From: an uncultured Treponema sp.
Lineage (GTDB): Bacteria; Spirochaetota; Spirochaetia; Treponematales; Treponemataceae
Assembly: GCA_947166545.1 (NCBI GenBank)
Contig: CAMVEQ010000001.1
Location: 1,136 to 65,135 of the forward strand
Length of the DNA stretch: 64,000 nt
Reading direction: 5' to 3'
Shown: piece by piece, positions 41,193-51,475 of the stretch
Position numbering within the stretch: position 1 is the stretch's first letter
How the letters are laid out: each line of letters starts with the position of its first letter
Translations under genes and position numbers: made by a program
The notes under the pieces: model-generated
The model's input: the letters and a program-made list of their open reading frames with translations, nothing else
Told to the model about the DNA's origin: nothing
Databases searched by the model: none

Positions 41193-43040
41193 ATGTGCGG
41201 CATTGTGGGATATATAGGATTGCGTGATGCAACACCTATTCTGGTGGAAGGATTAAAAAAACTTGAATACCGTGGATATGACAGTGCAGGTATAGCCGTC
41301 TATTCTGGTGAAGACATTCTTGTACGCAAAGTAAAGGGTGCAATCAAATATCTTGAAGAAAAAATTGCAAAAGAGGCGGTTCACGGCTGTCTTGGAATTG
41401 GACATACACGCTGGGCAACACATGGTGAACCTAGCGATTTGAATGCACATCCGCATCTAAATGAAAGCGGTACAATTGCTGTTGTTCACAATGGTATTAT
41501 AGAAAACTACTTAAAACTTAAGTCCTGGCTGCAGGGTGAAGGCATTGTATTTCGTACACAGACCGACACCGAAGTTATTGCACATCTTGTAAATTATTAC
41601 TATGTAAAGGAAAAGGATATTTTTAAGGCGGTGCAGGAAGCTCTTAAAAAGCTTGAGGGCAGTTATGCTCTTGGGGTTTTGTGCAAGGACTTTCCAGACC
41701 GCATTATTGCTGCCAGAAAAGAAAGCCCTCTTATTATTGGGCTTGGCAAAGATGAAAACTTTATTGCCAGCGATGTTCCTGCTGTTCTGGAACATACTCG
41801 TGAAGTATATTTCTTAGACCAGAAACAGCTTGCCGTATTGTATGCAGATCATGTTGATTTGTTTGACGGTGACGGCAACAAGGTAATAAAAGAGCCTTAT
41901 CATGTTGACTGGGACATTTCGAGTGCAGAAAAGAACGGCTACGAGCATTTCATGCTTAAAGAAATTCATGAGCAGCCAAAAGCCCTTACCGATACTTTGC
42001 GTCCCCGTTTGATTGCAGAAAACGGTAAAATCTGCGACATAAAATTTGATGAAATAAAGAAAAATGATAACAGCTTCTGGAAGAATGCAAAGCGTATTGT
42101 AATTACTGCTTGCGGTACTGCATATCACGCTGGAGTTGTTGCCCGCTATGCATTTGAAAAGTTTGCACGCATTCCTGTTATTGTAGACGTTGCAAGCGAA
42201 TTCCGTTACATGAATCCTATTCTGAACAAGGATGATGTATTTATTGTAATTAGCCAGTCTGGTGAAACTGCGGATACTCTTGCGGCATTGCGTCTTGCAA
42301 AGGCTGCTGGTGTGCATGTAATTGCAATTACAAACTGTGTCGGTTCTACTGTGAGCCGCGAAGCTGATGATGTTGTATATACTTGGGCTGGGCCAGAAAT
42401 TGCTGTTGCTTCTACAAAGGCTTATACTACACAGCTTGCATGTCTGTATCTTATTGCATTGAAGGTTGCAAAATTGAGAGGTCAGCTTACGGATGAAGCA
42501 TATTGTTCTTTATTGAAAGAACTTTCATGTATTCCTGACAAGGTTCAGCAGATTTTGGATGATAAGGCCAACATTCAGAAATTTGTTTCGCAGAATTACA
42601 ACAAGGAAAAGGTGTTCTTTATAGGACGTCAGTTTGACAGTGCTTCTAGTTTGGAATGTGCCCTAAAGCTTAAGGAAGTAAGCTACATGCACAGTGAGGC
42701 TTTTGCTGCTGGTGAATTAAAGCATGGTCCTATTGCTTTGGTTGACCCTTCAACGCTTGTTGTTGCAACTGCAACAGTTCCTGAGCTGTACGAAAAGATT
42801 GCAAGTAATATTGTAGAAGTAAAGAGCCGTGGGGCTGCTACTTTTGTTATTACGCAGGATACAACAGGGGCATTCAAAGCTGCTGCGGATCAGATTGTTT
42901 CCATTCCTGATACAGAGCCAGCTTTTGCACCTATTCTTTCTATTATACCTGCTCAGTTGTTTTCTTATTACTGTGCTATTCATCGCGGTAATAATCCTGA
43001 CAAGCCTAGAAATCTTGCAAAGTCTGTGACTGTTGAATAA
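41193..43040 (+). CDS. glmS: Glutamine--fructose-6-phosphate aminotransferase
   Basis: MCGIVG, LEYRGYDSAG, HTRWATHG, SQSGETAD and PRNLAKSVTVE motifs. Confidence 0.97.
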   Translation: MCGIVGYIGLRDATPILVEGLKKLEYRGYDSAGIAVYSGEDILVRKVKGAIKYLEEKIAKEAVHGCLGIGHTRWATHGEPSDLNAHPHLNESGTIAVVHNGIIENYLKLKSWLQGEGIVFRTQTDTEVIAHLVNYYYVKEKDIFKAVQEALKKLEGSYALGVLCKDFPDRIIAARKESPLIIGLGKDENFIASDVPAVLEHTREVYFLDQKQLAVLYADHVDLFDGDGNKVIKEPYHVDWDISSAEKNGYEHFMLKEIHEQPKALTDTLRPRLIAENGKICDIKFDEIKKNDNSFWKNAKRIVITACGTAYHAGVVARYAFEKFARIPVIVDVASEFRYMNPILNKDDVFIVISQSGETADTLAALRLAKAAGVHVIAITNCVGSTVSREADDVVYTWAGPEIAVASTKAYTTQLACLYLIALKVAKLRGQLTDEAYCSLLKELSCIPDKVQQILDDKANIQKFVSQNYNKEKVFFIGRQFDSASSLECALKLKEVSYMHSEAFAAGELKHGPIALVDPSTLVVATATVPELYEKIASNIVEVKSRGAATFVITQDTTGAFKAAADQIVSIPDTEPAFAPILSIIPAQLFSYYCAIHRGNNPDKPRNLAKSVTVE

Positions 43041-43064
43041 TATTTGAATAAAAAGGATTGCTGT

Positions 43065-44330
43065 ATGGAGTATACAAAAAGAGAAGTTCTTCAATATATT
43101 GAAGAAAACAATGTAAAGTTTATAAAATTATTTTTTGTAGATATATTTGGAGATGTAAAGAGTATATCCATTCAGCCTGCTCTTTTGAACAAGGCTTTTG
43201 AAGAAGGCATTTCCTTTGATGCCAGTGCCGTAAAGGGATTTTTGAACGAAACAACAAGCGATTTGTTTATTGTTCCAGATCCTGCTACACTTTCTGTTCT
43301 GCCTTGGCGGCCTCAGCATGGAAGGGTTGCACGCCTTTACTGTAACATTCGCTATCTTGATGGAACTCCTTTTGCTGGAGATTCCCGCCTTATTCTTCAA
43401 AATGTAATTGACCGCTGCAAAAAGATGGGCTATGAAACAAAGATTGGAACGGAATGTGAGTTCTATCTTTTTAAGCTTGATGATAACGGTCAGCCTACAA
43501 ATATTCCTCATGATAATGCCGGTTACTGTGATCTTGCTCCTTTGGATAAGGGGGAGAATGTAAGACGTGACATTATTCTGACTTTGGAACAGATGGGCAT
43601 TCAGCCTGAGACTAGTCATCACGAAAATGGTCCGGGTCAGAATGAAATAGACTTCCGCTACAATAGTACAATGCAGGCGGCAGATAATCTTTCTACATTT
43701 AAGATGGCTGTTAGGACAATTGCTGCACAGGACGGTCTTTTTGCTTCCTTTATGCCGAAGCCGTTTGAAAATAAATCTGGTAGCGGCTTGCATGTAAACA
43801 TTTCGCTGCATAAAGACGGAGAAAATATTTTTGGGAAAGATAGTCCTGAATCTAAGTATTTTATTGCTGGCATTCTTAACCACATACGCGAGATTACGGC
43901 ATTTTTAAATCCTTTGCAGCAGTCATATAAGCGACTGGGGGAATTTGAAGCACCAAAATATGTAAGCTGGTCGTCACAGAACAGAAGTCCGCTTATTCGT
44001 GTGCCTGCAGCAACGGGGGATGCAATTCGCATTGAGGTGCGTTCGCCAGATTCCAGCTGTAATCAGTACATTGCTTTGGCTTTGCTTATTGCTGCAGGTC
44101 TTGACGGCATTGAAAAGAAGATGCCTTTGATGCCTCCAGAAAATAAAAATCTGCTTGAAATGCCAGAAAACGAGTTGAAGCATCTTGAGCGATTGCCTGC
44201 TTCTTTGAAGGAAGCTCTTGATCTTGCAAAAAACAGTAAATTTGTTCAGTCTGTAATTCCTGAACTGACTTTGAATACTTTCATACAGACTAAGTCTAGA
44301 TGTGAGGATCCTGCATTCGGGATGGTTTAA
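43065..44330 (+). CDS. glnA: Glutamine synthetase type I-like
   Basis: GTECEF, HHENGPGQNEIDF, FMPKP, GSGLH, SYKRL, EAP, NRSPLIRVP and RIEVRSPD motifs; short C-terminus. Confidence 0.85.
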   Translation: MEYTKREVLQYIEENNVKFIKLFFVDIFGDVKSISIQPALLNKAFEEGISFDASAVKGFLNETTSDLFIVPDPATLSVLPWRPQHGRVARLYCNIRYLDGTPFAGDSRLILQNVIDRCKKMGYETKIGTECEFYLFKLDDNGQPTNIPHDNAGYCDLAPLDKGENVRRDIILTLEQMGIQPETSHHENGPGQNEIDFRYNSTMQAADNLSTFKMAVRTIAAQDGLFASFMPKPFENKSGSGLHVNISLHKDGENIFGKDSPESKYFIAGILNHIREITAFLNPLQQSYKRLGEFEAPKYVSWSSQNRSPLIRVPAATGDAIRIEVRSPDSSCNQYIALALLIAAGLDGIEKKMPLMPPENKNLLEMPENELKHLERLPASLKEALDLAKNSKFVQSVIPELTLNTFIQTKSRCEDPAFGMV

Positions 44331-44333
44331 GAC

Positions 44334-44903
44334 ATGGATAGTGTTCTGATTGCCAGTAATACGAATGCCACGATGGGAATTATCTCTGACTTCATGCGCT
44401 CTGAGTCTTTTAGCAGAATTGTTGCTTCTCAGAGCGGTTCTGAAGCCAGACGGTATATTACCGACATGGATTTTGATTTGATTATTATTGATACTCCTTT
44501 GTCTGATGAGTTGGGAAATGATTTTGCCATTACAGCGTCGGAAAAGACTACTGCGGGTATTATTCTTATTGTGGATTGCGAGAATGTGCTTGAAATTAGT
44601 GCGAATGTGGAAGATTACGGAGTTTTCGCTTTGCCAAAGCCTTTGTCGCCAGAGTTCTTTTATCAGGCGGTAAAGCTCTTGTCTGCCGCTCGCCGCAGGG
44701 TAATGAATCTTGAAAATGAAAACCTGCGTCTGCAAAAGAAAATAGAAGAAATACGCATTGTAGACAGGGCAAAGCTGGTTCTTATTCAAGTGTTAAAGAT
44801 GACGGAACCGCAGGCTCAGCATTACATTGAAAAGCAGAGTATGGACTTGCGTCAGAGCCGATTGGCTACGGCGGAAAATATTCTGCGTACTTATGAGGTT
44901 TAA
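44334..44903 (+). CDS. ANTAR-domain antiterminator with atypical receiver domain
   Basis: C-terminal IVDRAKLVLI..MTEPQAQHYIEKQSMDLR; REC-like N-terminus lacking the acidic pair. Confidence 0.9.
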   Translation: MDSVLIASNTNATMGIISDFMRSESFSRIVASQSGSEARRYITDMDFDLIIIDTPLSDELGNDFAITASEKTTAGIILIVDCENVLEISANVEDYGVFALPKPLSPEFFYQAVKLLSAARRRVMNLENENLRLQKKIEEIRIVDRAKLVLIQVLKMTEPQAQHYIEKQSMDLRQSRLATAENILRTYEV

Positions 44904-44922
44904 TGCTGAAAAAGCTCCCTAA

Positions 44923-45020
44923 TTGACACTCTGTATAGAATTTTATATTATAGTTGCATTGACAAAGATGTCTGCATGACGCAATAGGAGTCTCTATTGT
45001 GCCTTGTGGACATCTTTTTT
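44923..45020 (+). promoter_or_regulatory. asnB promoter and ANTAR-type hairpin overlapping a leader terminator
   Basis: TTGACA-17-TATTAT. GAC-AAAGAT-GTC (44961-44972) overlaps the AAAGATGTC...GACATCTTT+T stem. Confidence 0.7.
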
Positions 45021-45054
45021 ATTTTAAATACATTACAAGTAAGGGGTGTAAAGT

Positions 45055-46773
45055 ATGTGTGGATTTGTAGGAGCTTTTGATTTAAAAAGCAGTGAAGACT
45101 TGCGTACACAGGTCATAAACATGTCAAAGAAAATTCGTCACCGAGGACCAGACTGGAGTGGTGTATACACTGGCGATAATGCTATTCTTTCTCATGAAAG
45201 ACTTGCCATTGTTGACCCATTAAGCGGAAAGCAGCCTTTGATGAGCGAAGACGGAAAACTTATTCTTGCTGCAAACGGTGAAATATATAATCATCAGGAT
45301 TTAAGAAAACAGCTCGAAGGCAAATATAAATTCCAGACTGGTAGTGACTGCGAGGTAATTCTTGCCCTGTACAAAGAAAAAGGTGTGAACTTTCTGGAAG
45401 ATTTAAGCGGCATTTTTGCATTTGCTTTGTATGATACAGAAAAAGATGTGTATCTTGTTGCCCGAGATGAGATAGGTGTTATTCCTCTGTATCAGGGATG
45501 GGATAACGAAGGCCGTTACTATGTTGCAAGCGAATTAAAATCGCTCGAAGGAATTTGCAGCACAATAGAAGAGTTCCCTAACGGCTGCTATTATTACTCA
45601 AAAGATGAAAAGCCTGTAAGATGGTATCATCGTGCATGGGAATCTTATGACAGCGTAAAGGATAATGCTTGTGCTTGTGATGAAAAGGGTGCTGTTGTAA
45701 ACGAAAGCGTAATAAAAGCTGTTCGTAACGGACTTGAAGATGCTGTACGTAAACAGCTTATGAGCGATGTTCCTTATGGTGTTTTGCTTTCTGGTGGATT
45801 GGATTCCAGCATTGTTGCTGCCGTTACTCAGAAATTTGCAAAAAAGCGTGTTGAAACTGGTAGCTTGCAGGATGCGTGGTGGCCACAGCTTCATAGCTTT
45901 GCTGTAGGTCTTGAAGGCTCTCCTGACTTAATTGCTGCTCAGAAAGCAGCTGCTTATATTGGTACAGTACATCATGAAGTTCATTTTACAATTCAGGAAG
46001 CTTTGGATGCTTTGCCAGATGTAATTTATCATATTGAAACTTATGACATTACAACTGTGCGTGCTAGTACGCCTATGTACTTGCTTGCACGTGCAATAAA
46101 AGCAATGGGAATTAAGATGGTCTTGAGCGGTGAAGGAAGTGATGAACTTTTCGGTGGCTACTTATATTTCCATAAAGCTCCTGATGCAAAAGAATTCCAC
46201 GAAGAACTTGTTCGTAAGATGAGTAAGCTTCATCTTTATGACTGTTTGCGTGCAAATAAATCGCTTGCAGCTTGGGGTGTTGAAGGTCGTGTACCATTCC
46301 TTGATAAAGAATTTATTGATGTTGCAATGAATTTAAATCCTTTGGATAAGATGAGTATTAAGCTTCCTGACGGAAAGCAGAGAATGGAAAAATGGATTTT
46401 ACGTAAAGCATTTGAGGATCTTCTTCCTGCAGACATCTGTTGGAGACAGAAAGAGCAGTTTAGTGATGGCGTAGGCTACAGCTGGATTGATACTCTTAAA
46501 GAAATGACTGCAAGCAAGATTTCTGATGCTCAGTTTGCACAGCGTGCAAAAAGGTTCCCTATTAATACTCCTGTAACAAAGGAAGAATACTATTACCGCG
46601 AATTGTATTCTCAGTTCTTCCCTGATGATAGTGCTGCTTTGACTGTTCCTCATGAAGCTGGAGTTGCCTGTTCTACTGCAAAGGCTTTGGAATGGGATGC
46701 TGCTTGGAAAAGCATGGATGAACCAAGTGGCCGAGCAATTGCGGGTGTTCATGCTGATGCATATAAAAACTAA
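45055..46773 (+). CDS. asnB: Asparagine synthetase B (glutamine-hydrolysing)
   Basis: MCGF, RHRGPDW, NGEIYNH, LLSGGLDSS, SGEGSDELFGGY and RQKEQFSDGVG motifs. Confidence 0.96.
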   Translation: MCGFVGAFDLKSSEDLRTQVINMSKKIRHRGPDWSGVYTGDNAILSHERLAIVDPLSGKQPLMSEDGKLILAANGEIYNHQDLRKQLEGKYKFQTGSDCEVILALYKEKGVNFLEDLSGIFAFALYDTEKDVYLVARDEIGVIPLYQGWDNEGRYYVASELKSLEGICSTIEEFPNGCYYYSKDEKPVRWYHRAWESYDSVKDNACACDEKGAVVNESVIKAVRNGLEDAVRKQLMSDVPYGVLLSGGLDSSIVAAVTQKFAKKRVETGSLQDAWWPQLHSFAVGLEGSPDLIAAQKAAAYIGTVHHEVHFTIQEALDALPDVIYHIETYDITTVRASTPMYLLARAIKAMGIKMVLSGEGSDELFGGYLYFHKAPDAKEFHEELVRKMSKLHLYDCLRANKSLAAWGVEGRVPFLDKEFIDVAMNLNPLDKMSIKLPDGKQRMEKWILRKAFEDLLPADICWRQKEQFSDGVGYSWIDTLKEMTASKISDAQFAQRAKRFPINTPVTKEEYYYRELYSQFFPDDSAALTVPHEAGVACSTAKALEWDAAWKSMDEPSGRAIAGVHADAYKN

Positions 46774-46804
46774 TATTTACTAAAATTATAAAAATAAGTA
46801 TATA

Positions 46805-46840
46805 AAAAAGCCTCTTTTCTCATCTGGAAAGAGGCTTTAT
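46805..46840 (+). terminator. Intrinsic terminator after asnB
   Basis: AAAGCCTCTTT...AAAGAGGCTTT. Confidence 0.7.
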
Positions 46841-46883
46841 CTTTTTTCTTTCTTTTTTTTTATTTGGTGTTATACTTTAAAAT

Positions 46884-47786
46884 ATGAGAGTACTTATCTA
46901 TTCCATGATACTGCTTGGTGTTATTATCATGGTGACAAATATTTACCGCTATATCCGCTTCATGAAGAATATGCGCGATGCGTTTCCTAAGGGAAAAAGC
47001 CGCAGCAGTGTGTGGAAAGATGTAGGTCTTATTCTGCTGGTGTTTTTTCTTTTGGGGTACATCTGTGTAGGCTTGTTTGGTGTTCCAGATTTGATGATTG
47101 CTGGAATTTTGTTTGGTGGTAGTATCTTTGTTGCAATTGTTCTGACTATTATGTTTGACCTTATAGAATCTATAAGGGATAACTGTCTTTCTGTTACGGA
47201 AGTTTTGATTGGTGTCATAGAAGCTCGTGATCCTAACCTTAACGGTCATAGCCGTTTTGTTCAAAACCTTACTATGCTTTTCTATGATTATCTTCCATCG
47301 GATATAAAAAAGAAAATTAATAGAATGACTCTTGAATATGCTGCCCTTATGCATGATGTTGGTAAGCTGGGAATTCCTGAAGAAGTTTTGAACAAGCCTG
47401 GAAAGCTTACTGATGAGGAATGGAAAATAATGAGACAGCATCCTGAAATTGGTGTAAAATTCCTAGAGCCTTTACATTCGTTTTCTTCTATTCGCCCGTG
47501 GATAAAGTATCATCATGAGCGTATTGATGGCAAAGGCTATTATGGTCTTTCGGAGCAGGACATTCCGTTGCCTTCAAAAGTGATTGCCGTAACAGATACA
47601 TATTCTGCTATTGTAATGCGCCGTGCTTACAAAGAGCCAGAAACTCATGAGACTGCCATAAACATTATGCACGAAATTGCCGGAACTCAGCTTGATTCTG
47701 CTTTGGTAGATATATTCTGTAAAATCCCAAAAGATAAACTTATGGCTTGTGTTCCTCCTTCTCTTTTCAGCAATGGCGATGTGTAA
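46884..47786 (+). CDS. Membrane-bound HD-GYP phosphodiesterase
   Basis: Three TMs; GHS, HDVGK, LNKPGKLT and HHERIDGKGY motifs. Confidence 0.88.
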   Translation: MRVLIYSMILLGVIIMVTNIYRYIRFMKNMRDAFPKGKSRSSVWKDVGLILLVFFLLGYICVGLFGVPDLMIAGILFGGSIFVAIVLTIMFDLIESIRDNCLSVTEVLIGVIEARDPNLNGHSRFVQNLTMLFYDYLPSDIKKKINRMTLEYAALMHDVGKLGIPEEVLNKPGKLTDEEWKIMRQHPEIGVKFLEPLHSFSSIRPWIKYHHERIDGKGYYGLSEQDIPLPSKVIAVTDTYSAIVMRRAYKEPETHETAINIMHEIAGTQLDSALVDIFCKIPKDKLMACVPPSLFSNGDV

Positions 47787-47880
47787 GTATTGGGAAATCT
47801 TTTTGGAATGGTGGAAAATGTCGTTTTGGTGTGCAGTATTGACTAAAAATCGATTATTTTGATATAATCTAGCAACATTC

Positions 47881-47954
<74 letters not shown>

Positions 47955-47957
47955 TTA

Positions 47958-48010
47958 AGTAATGTTACTGCAAAGACGCAGGACTGTGAAATACCAGTCC
48001 TGCGTTTTTT
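47958..48010 (+). promoter_or_regulatory. ANTAR-type hairpin overlapping the terminator between the tRNA and the symporter
   Basis: CTGC-AAAGAC-GCAG (47968-47981) overlaps ACGCAGGACTG...CAGTCCTGCGT plus T-tract. Confidence 0.7.
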
Positions 48011-48041
48011 ATTTTAAATCTGTGATGAAACAGGAGGCTTT

Positions 48042-49505
48042 ATGATTGAAATTGTAACAAGGGTTAACAATTTAGTGAACGGTATCGTTTGGGGAACGGT
48101 TGGAATTGCTCTTCTGCTTATAGCAGGCATTGTAATGACATGTGTCAACAGAGGATTTCAGTTTTTTAGATTTGGACATTGGATAAGTAAAACAATTGGA
48201 GCCATTTTTAGCGATTCTAATGTTACGGCTCATACTTCAAAAGAAAACAGAGCAATATCTCAGTTTCAGAGTCTTTGTACGGCAATGGCTGCTACTATAG
48301 GAACTGGAAACATTGTTGGTGTTGCAACGGCAATAATTCTTGGTGGTCCTGGAGCTATATTCTGGATGTGGCTTATGGCTATATTCGGAATGATGACAAA
48401 CTATTCAGAAAATGTTCTTGGCATTTATTTCCGCCAGAAAGGAAAGAATGGCGACTGGCGTGGCGGAGCCATGTATTATCTAAAAGACGGACTTGGAAGC
48501 TATAAAGGAATGAAGCAGGTAGGAAAGATTCTTGCATTGGTTTTCAGTCTGTTCTGCCTTTTGGCAAGCTTTGGCATTGGAAACATGAGTCAGGTAAACT
48601 CTATTGCTGGAAACATGGAATCTGCATTCGGAATTGCTCCCTGGATTACAGGAATTTTCCTTGTAATAATTGCTGTCGTTGTTATTATCGGTGGACTTAA
48701 ACGTGTTGCCAGCGTTGCTGAAAAACTTGTTCCATTTATGGCAGTCCTTTATATAATTGGAACTTCTATTGTTATTTTTGCACACATTGGAAATGTGCCA
48801 GCTGCTTTTGCTTCTATATTTAAGGGAGCTTTTGCTGTAAAGGCTGCTGGTGGCGGAATTACGGGTTATGGACTTAAAAAAGCTATAAGCTGGGGATTTA
48901 AGCGGGGTGCATTCAGTAATGAAGCTGGTCTTGGTTCTTCTGTAATGGTGCATTCAAGCTCCAATGTAAAGGAGCCTGTTCGCCAGGGAATGTGGGGAAT
49001 TTTTGAAGTTTTTGCAGATACAATCATTGTATGTAGCCTTACAGCTATTGCTGTTCTTGCATCTGGTTGCGTAGACCTTGAAACTGGTAAGATGATTTCA
49101 GAAAATGCTGGGGCAGGACTTGTTGGTGAAGCTTTTAGTACAGTGTTTGGTGGCGGTGGCTCAAAGTTTATTGCAATTGCAATTCTTCTTTTTGCTTTCA
49201 GTACAGTATTGGGCTGGAGTCATTACGGGGCAACTGCATGGCAGTATATTTTTGGCGAAAAAACACAGTTTATTTATAAAGCTTTGTTTGTTGGTGTGAT
49301 TTTCTTTGGTGCAACAATGAGCCTTTCTCTTGCCTGGGATTTGAGTGATACGTTTAACGGTCTTATGATGATTCCAAACCTTATTGGTGTGCTTTCATTA
49401 AGTCCGCTTGTTGCACGTATTACGCAGAACTATGTTGAAAGAATTATTAACGGCAAAGATATAGAGCCTATGCTTTCTGCTAATGATGGTAAGGAGTTAA
49501 TATAA
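48042..49505 (+). CDS. Alanine/glycine:cation symporter (AGCS/AlsT family)
   Basis: ATIGTGNIVGVA, GGPGAIFWMW, FSNEAGLGS and FAFSTVLGW motifs. Confidence 0.93.
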   Translation: MIEIVTRVNNLVNGIVWGTVGIALLLIAGIVMTCVNRGFQFFRFGHWISKTIGAIFSDSNVTAHTSKENRAISQFQSLCTAMAATIGTGNIVGVATAIILGGPGAIFWMWLMAIFGMMTNYSENVLGIYFRQKGKNGDWRGGAMYYLKDGLGSYKGMKQVGKILALVFSLFCLLASFGIGNMSQVNSIAGNMESAFGIAPWITGIFLVIIAVVVIIGGLKRVASVAEKLVPFMAVLYIIGTSIVIFAHIGNVPAAFASIFKGAFAVKAAGGGITGYGLKKAISWGFKRGAFSNEAGLGSSVMVHSSSNVKEPVRQGMWGIFEVFADTIIVCSLTAIAVLASGCVDLETGKMISENAGAGLVGEAFSTVFGGGGSKFIAIAILLFAFSTVLGWSHYGATAWQYIFGEKTQFIYKALFVGVIFFGATMSLSLAWDLSDTFNGLMMIPNLIGVLSLSPLVARITQNYVERIINGKDIEPMLSANDGKELI

Positions 49506-49581
49506 CAAAATATTCTTTATATTGGCCGTTAATTTATAAAAACTCCTTGCAAAAAATGCAACAGTGTTAGAAAATAGAGGT

Positions 49582-49752
49582 ATGAAAGAAGAAGCTGAGA
49601 AGGTATATGAACGTTTACAGTCTATGTATGAATTGATGCAGCAGACTGGTGGAACGGAAGATATTGAAAACGCAATCTTTGATTTTGAGAACTGTGTAAC
49701 TGAAGAAGACTATGGCGAATGGCTTAAGAAGTACAGTTATTTTGTTTTTTAG
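49582..49752 (+). CDS. Small acidic hypothetical protein
   Basis: GAGG RBS before ATG 49582; 56 aa. Confidence 0.5.
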   Translation: MKEEAEKVYERLQSMYELMQQTGGTEDIENAIFDFENCVTEEDYGEWLKKYSYFVF

Positions 49753-49772
49753 AATAAGTAGGAGTAAAATCT

Positions 49773-50150
49773 ATGGCTTGTTTTATTGTTCCAGCATTAG
49801 AAGCTGTTGTAACAACAATTGCAACAAAAGTACTTGAAAAAAGAGAATTAAGGCTAGAGAAAGGTTCTTTTTCAGTAAAACTCAAAAGATTGAATGGTCT
49901 GCTTTGGGGTGGATCAGCACTTCTTGCTTTTGAACATTTGTGGCACGGAGAAATTCAACCATTTTTTCCTTTTTTAACCGCTGTAGGTAATCCTGCTGAT
50001 ATGGAAGAAATGTTCCATGAAATGAAAACTGTTGGAGTTTCCATGGCAATACTTGTTACTGCTGTTTGGGGCATTATGACATTAGTTCTGGGAAAAATTG
50101 AAAAAAACAATACTTTGGATAGCAAAACATTAAAAGGGGAGACGGCGTAA
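49773..50150 (+). CDS. Small membrane protein
   Basis: AGGAG RBS; LLWGGSALLAFEHLWHGE segment; TMs. Confidence 0.7.
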   Translation: MACFIVPALEAVVTTIATKVLEKRELRLEKGSFSVKLKRLNGLLWGGSALLAFEHLWHGEIQPFFPFLTAVGNPADMEEMFHEMKTVGVSMAILVTAVWGIMTLVLGKIEKNNTLDSKTLKGETA

Positions 50151-50152
50151 TA

Positions 50153-50452
50153 ATGACATTACTGTTGACTTTAATGGCAGCCGTTATTACTACTGTAATA
50201 TGGTATTCCAATGAAAATGCACGGTTTATGAAAGTTGGAACCCTGTGTTTCATGTTTTGGGGTGCATCTCTGATGTGGTTTGTTGATGCAGTGTTTGAGT
50301 ATATGGAGCTTAGGGCTGAATATTTTAATGTTTCGGCTGGCGATATGCTGAACGATGCATTTTTAGGACTGTCAGTTATTGTACTTGCAATGATAATCTG
50401 GCTGGTTGTTTTGCTTGTAAAAGACCCAAAGCGGTTACTAAAGAAAGCTTAA
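50153..50452 (+). CDS. Small membrane protein
   Basis: Three TMs, MFWGASLMWFVD segment; starts 2 nt after the previous stop. Confidence 0.7.
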   Translation: MTLLLTLMAAVITTVIWYSNENARFMKVGTLCFMFWGASLMWFVDAVFEYMELRAEYFNVSAGDMLNDAFLGLSVIVLAMIIWLVVLLVKDPKRLLKKA

Positions 50453-50468
50453 GAATAAGAAGATAAAG

Positions 50469-50514
50469 AAAGGCATCTGCGCTATACGTTGTTGTATAGA
50501 CAGATGCCTTTTTT
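50469..50514. terminator. Bidirectional terminator
   Basis: AAAGGCATCTG...CAGATGCCTTT followed by a T-tract. Confidence 0.75.
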
Positions 50515-50529
50515 ATTTCTATAAGTTAT

Positions 50530-51384
50530 TTATTTTTTTGTGTTTTTTGAAGCTTCCTTATACAAAGGATCTACTTTATCTGCAATAGTTGTAAGGTTCT
50601 TTATGCGGGAATCGTTAGAAGGATGTGTAGAAAGGATTTCTGGTACTGATGCATTAGAAAGTGCATTCATTTTATTCCATACATTGATGGCTTCGTGTGG
50701 ATCATAACCTGCGCGAGCCATTAATTCTGTACCCATATTGTCTGCTTCTGTTTCACATTCTCTGCTGAATGGCAATGTTACGCCGTATTGCATTCCCAAC
50801 GCAAGCACTGTCTGCCCTGTCTGGCTCAAACCAGCCACCTGAGAAACAACCGCAAGTCCTGTCTGCTGAATGTACTGTTTGCTGGACTGTTCACGACTGT
50901 GTTCCTTGAGTGCATGGGAAATCTCATGCCCCATGATTGCGGCAAGTTCTCCGTCTGTAAGGGACAGAGAATCTATAATTCCTGTGTATACAACAATTTT
51001 ACCGCCAGGCATGCACCAGGCATTTACAGTGTCGTCTTTTATGACATTTACCTGCCAGTCCCAAGATTTTGCATCAGTTCGGAAAACTCCTGTCTGAGCA
51101 ATAAGTCTCTGTGCTACATTCTGCACCCTGTTGTAGACATTTTTGTCTGTGTTCAAGGTTCCAGCATTCTTTGCTTCGTTCAAGACCTGTGCATACTGTT
51201 CATCTGCAGCGGCATTCATGTCTTTTTCGGACACGAGCAAAAGCTGTTCTCTGTCTGCTCCGACTGTACCGCCAGAAGTTGTGCTGGTTTTTCCAAAAAG
51301 TTTACTGAAAAATCCTTTTGCAAAAAGTGATGTTGGAAGCAATGCTACCAGTAATAATATTAAAATGTATCTGTTAAGTTTCAT
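50530..51384 (-). CDS. M48 family zinc metallopeptidase
   Basis: NAWCMPGGKI, GHEISH, ETEAD and STHPS motifs. Confidence 0.92.
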   Translation of the reverse strand: MKLNRYILILLLVALLPTSLFAKGFFSKLFGKTSTTSGGTVGADREQLLLVSEKDMNAAADEQYAQVLNEAKNAGTLNTDKNVYNRVQNVAQRLIAQTGVFRTDAKSWDWQVNVIKDDTVNAWCMPGGKIVVYTGIIDSLSLTDGELAAIMGHEISHALKEHSREQSSKQYIQQTGLAVVSQVAGLSQTGQTVLALGMQYGVTLPFSRECETEADNMGTELMARAGYDPHEAINVWNKMNALSNASVPEILSTHPSNDSRIKNLTTIADKVDPLYKEASKNTKK

Positions 51385-51475
51385 AGTATTTTCATATTAT
51401 CAAAAAACATTAGTTTTACCAATCCCCTTTTTTTTCCCTTGTTTTTAGCTATATTTGCTTGTATAATAAAAAGGT

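Noticed and set aside
43128-44789. Long antisense ORFs (e.g. 43128-43883, 43974-44789, 18332-18952, 37465-38088)
   Set aside because: Shadows of well-supported genes on the opposite strand, with no motifs or RBS.
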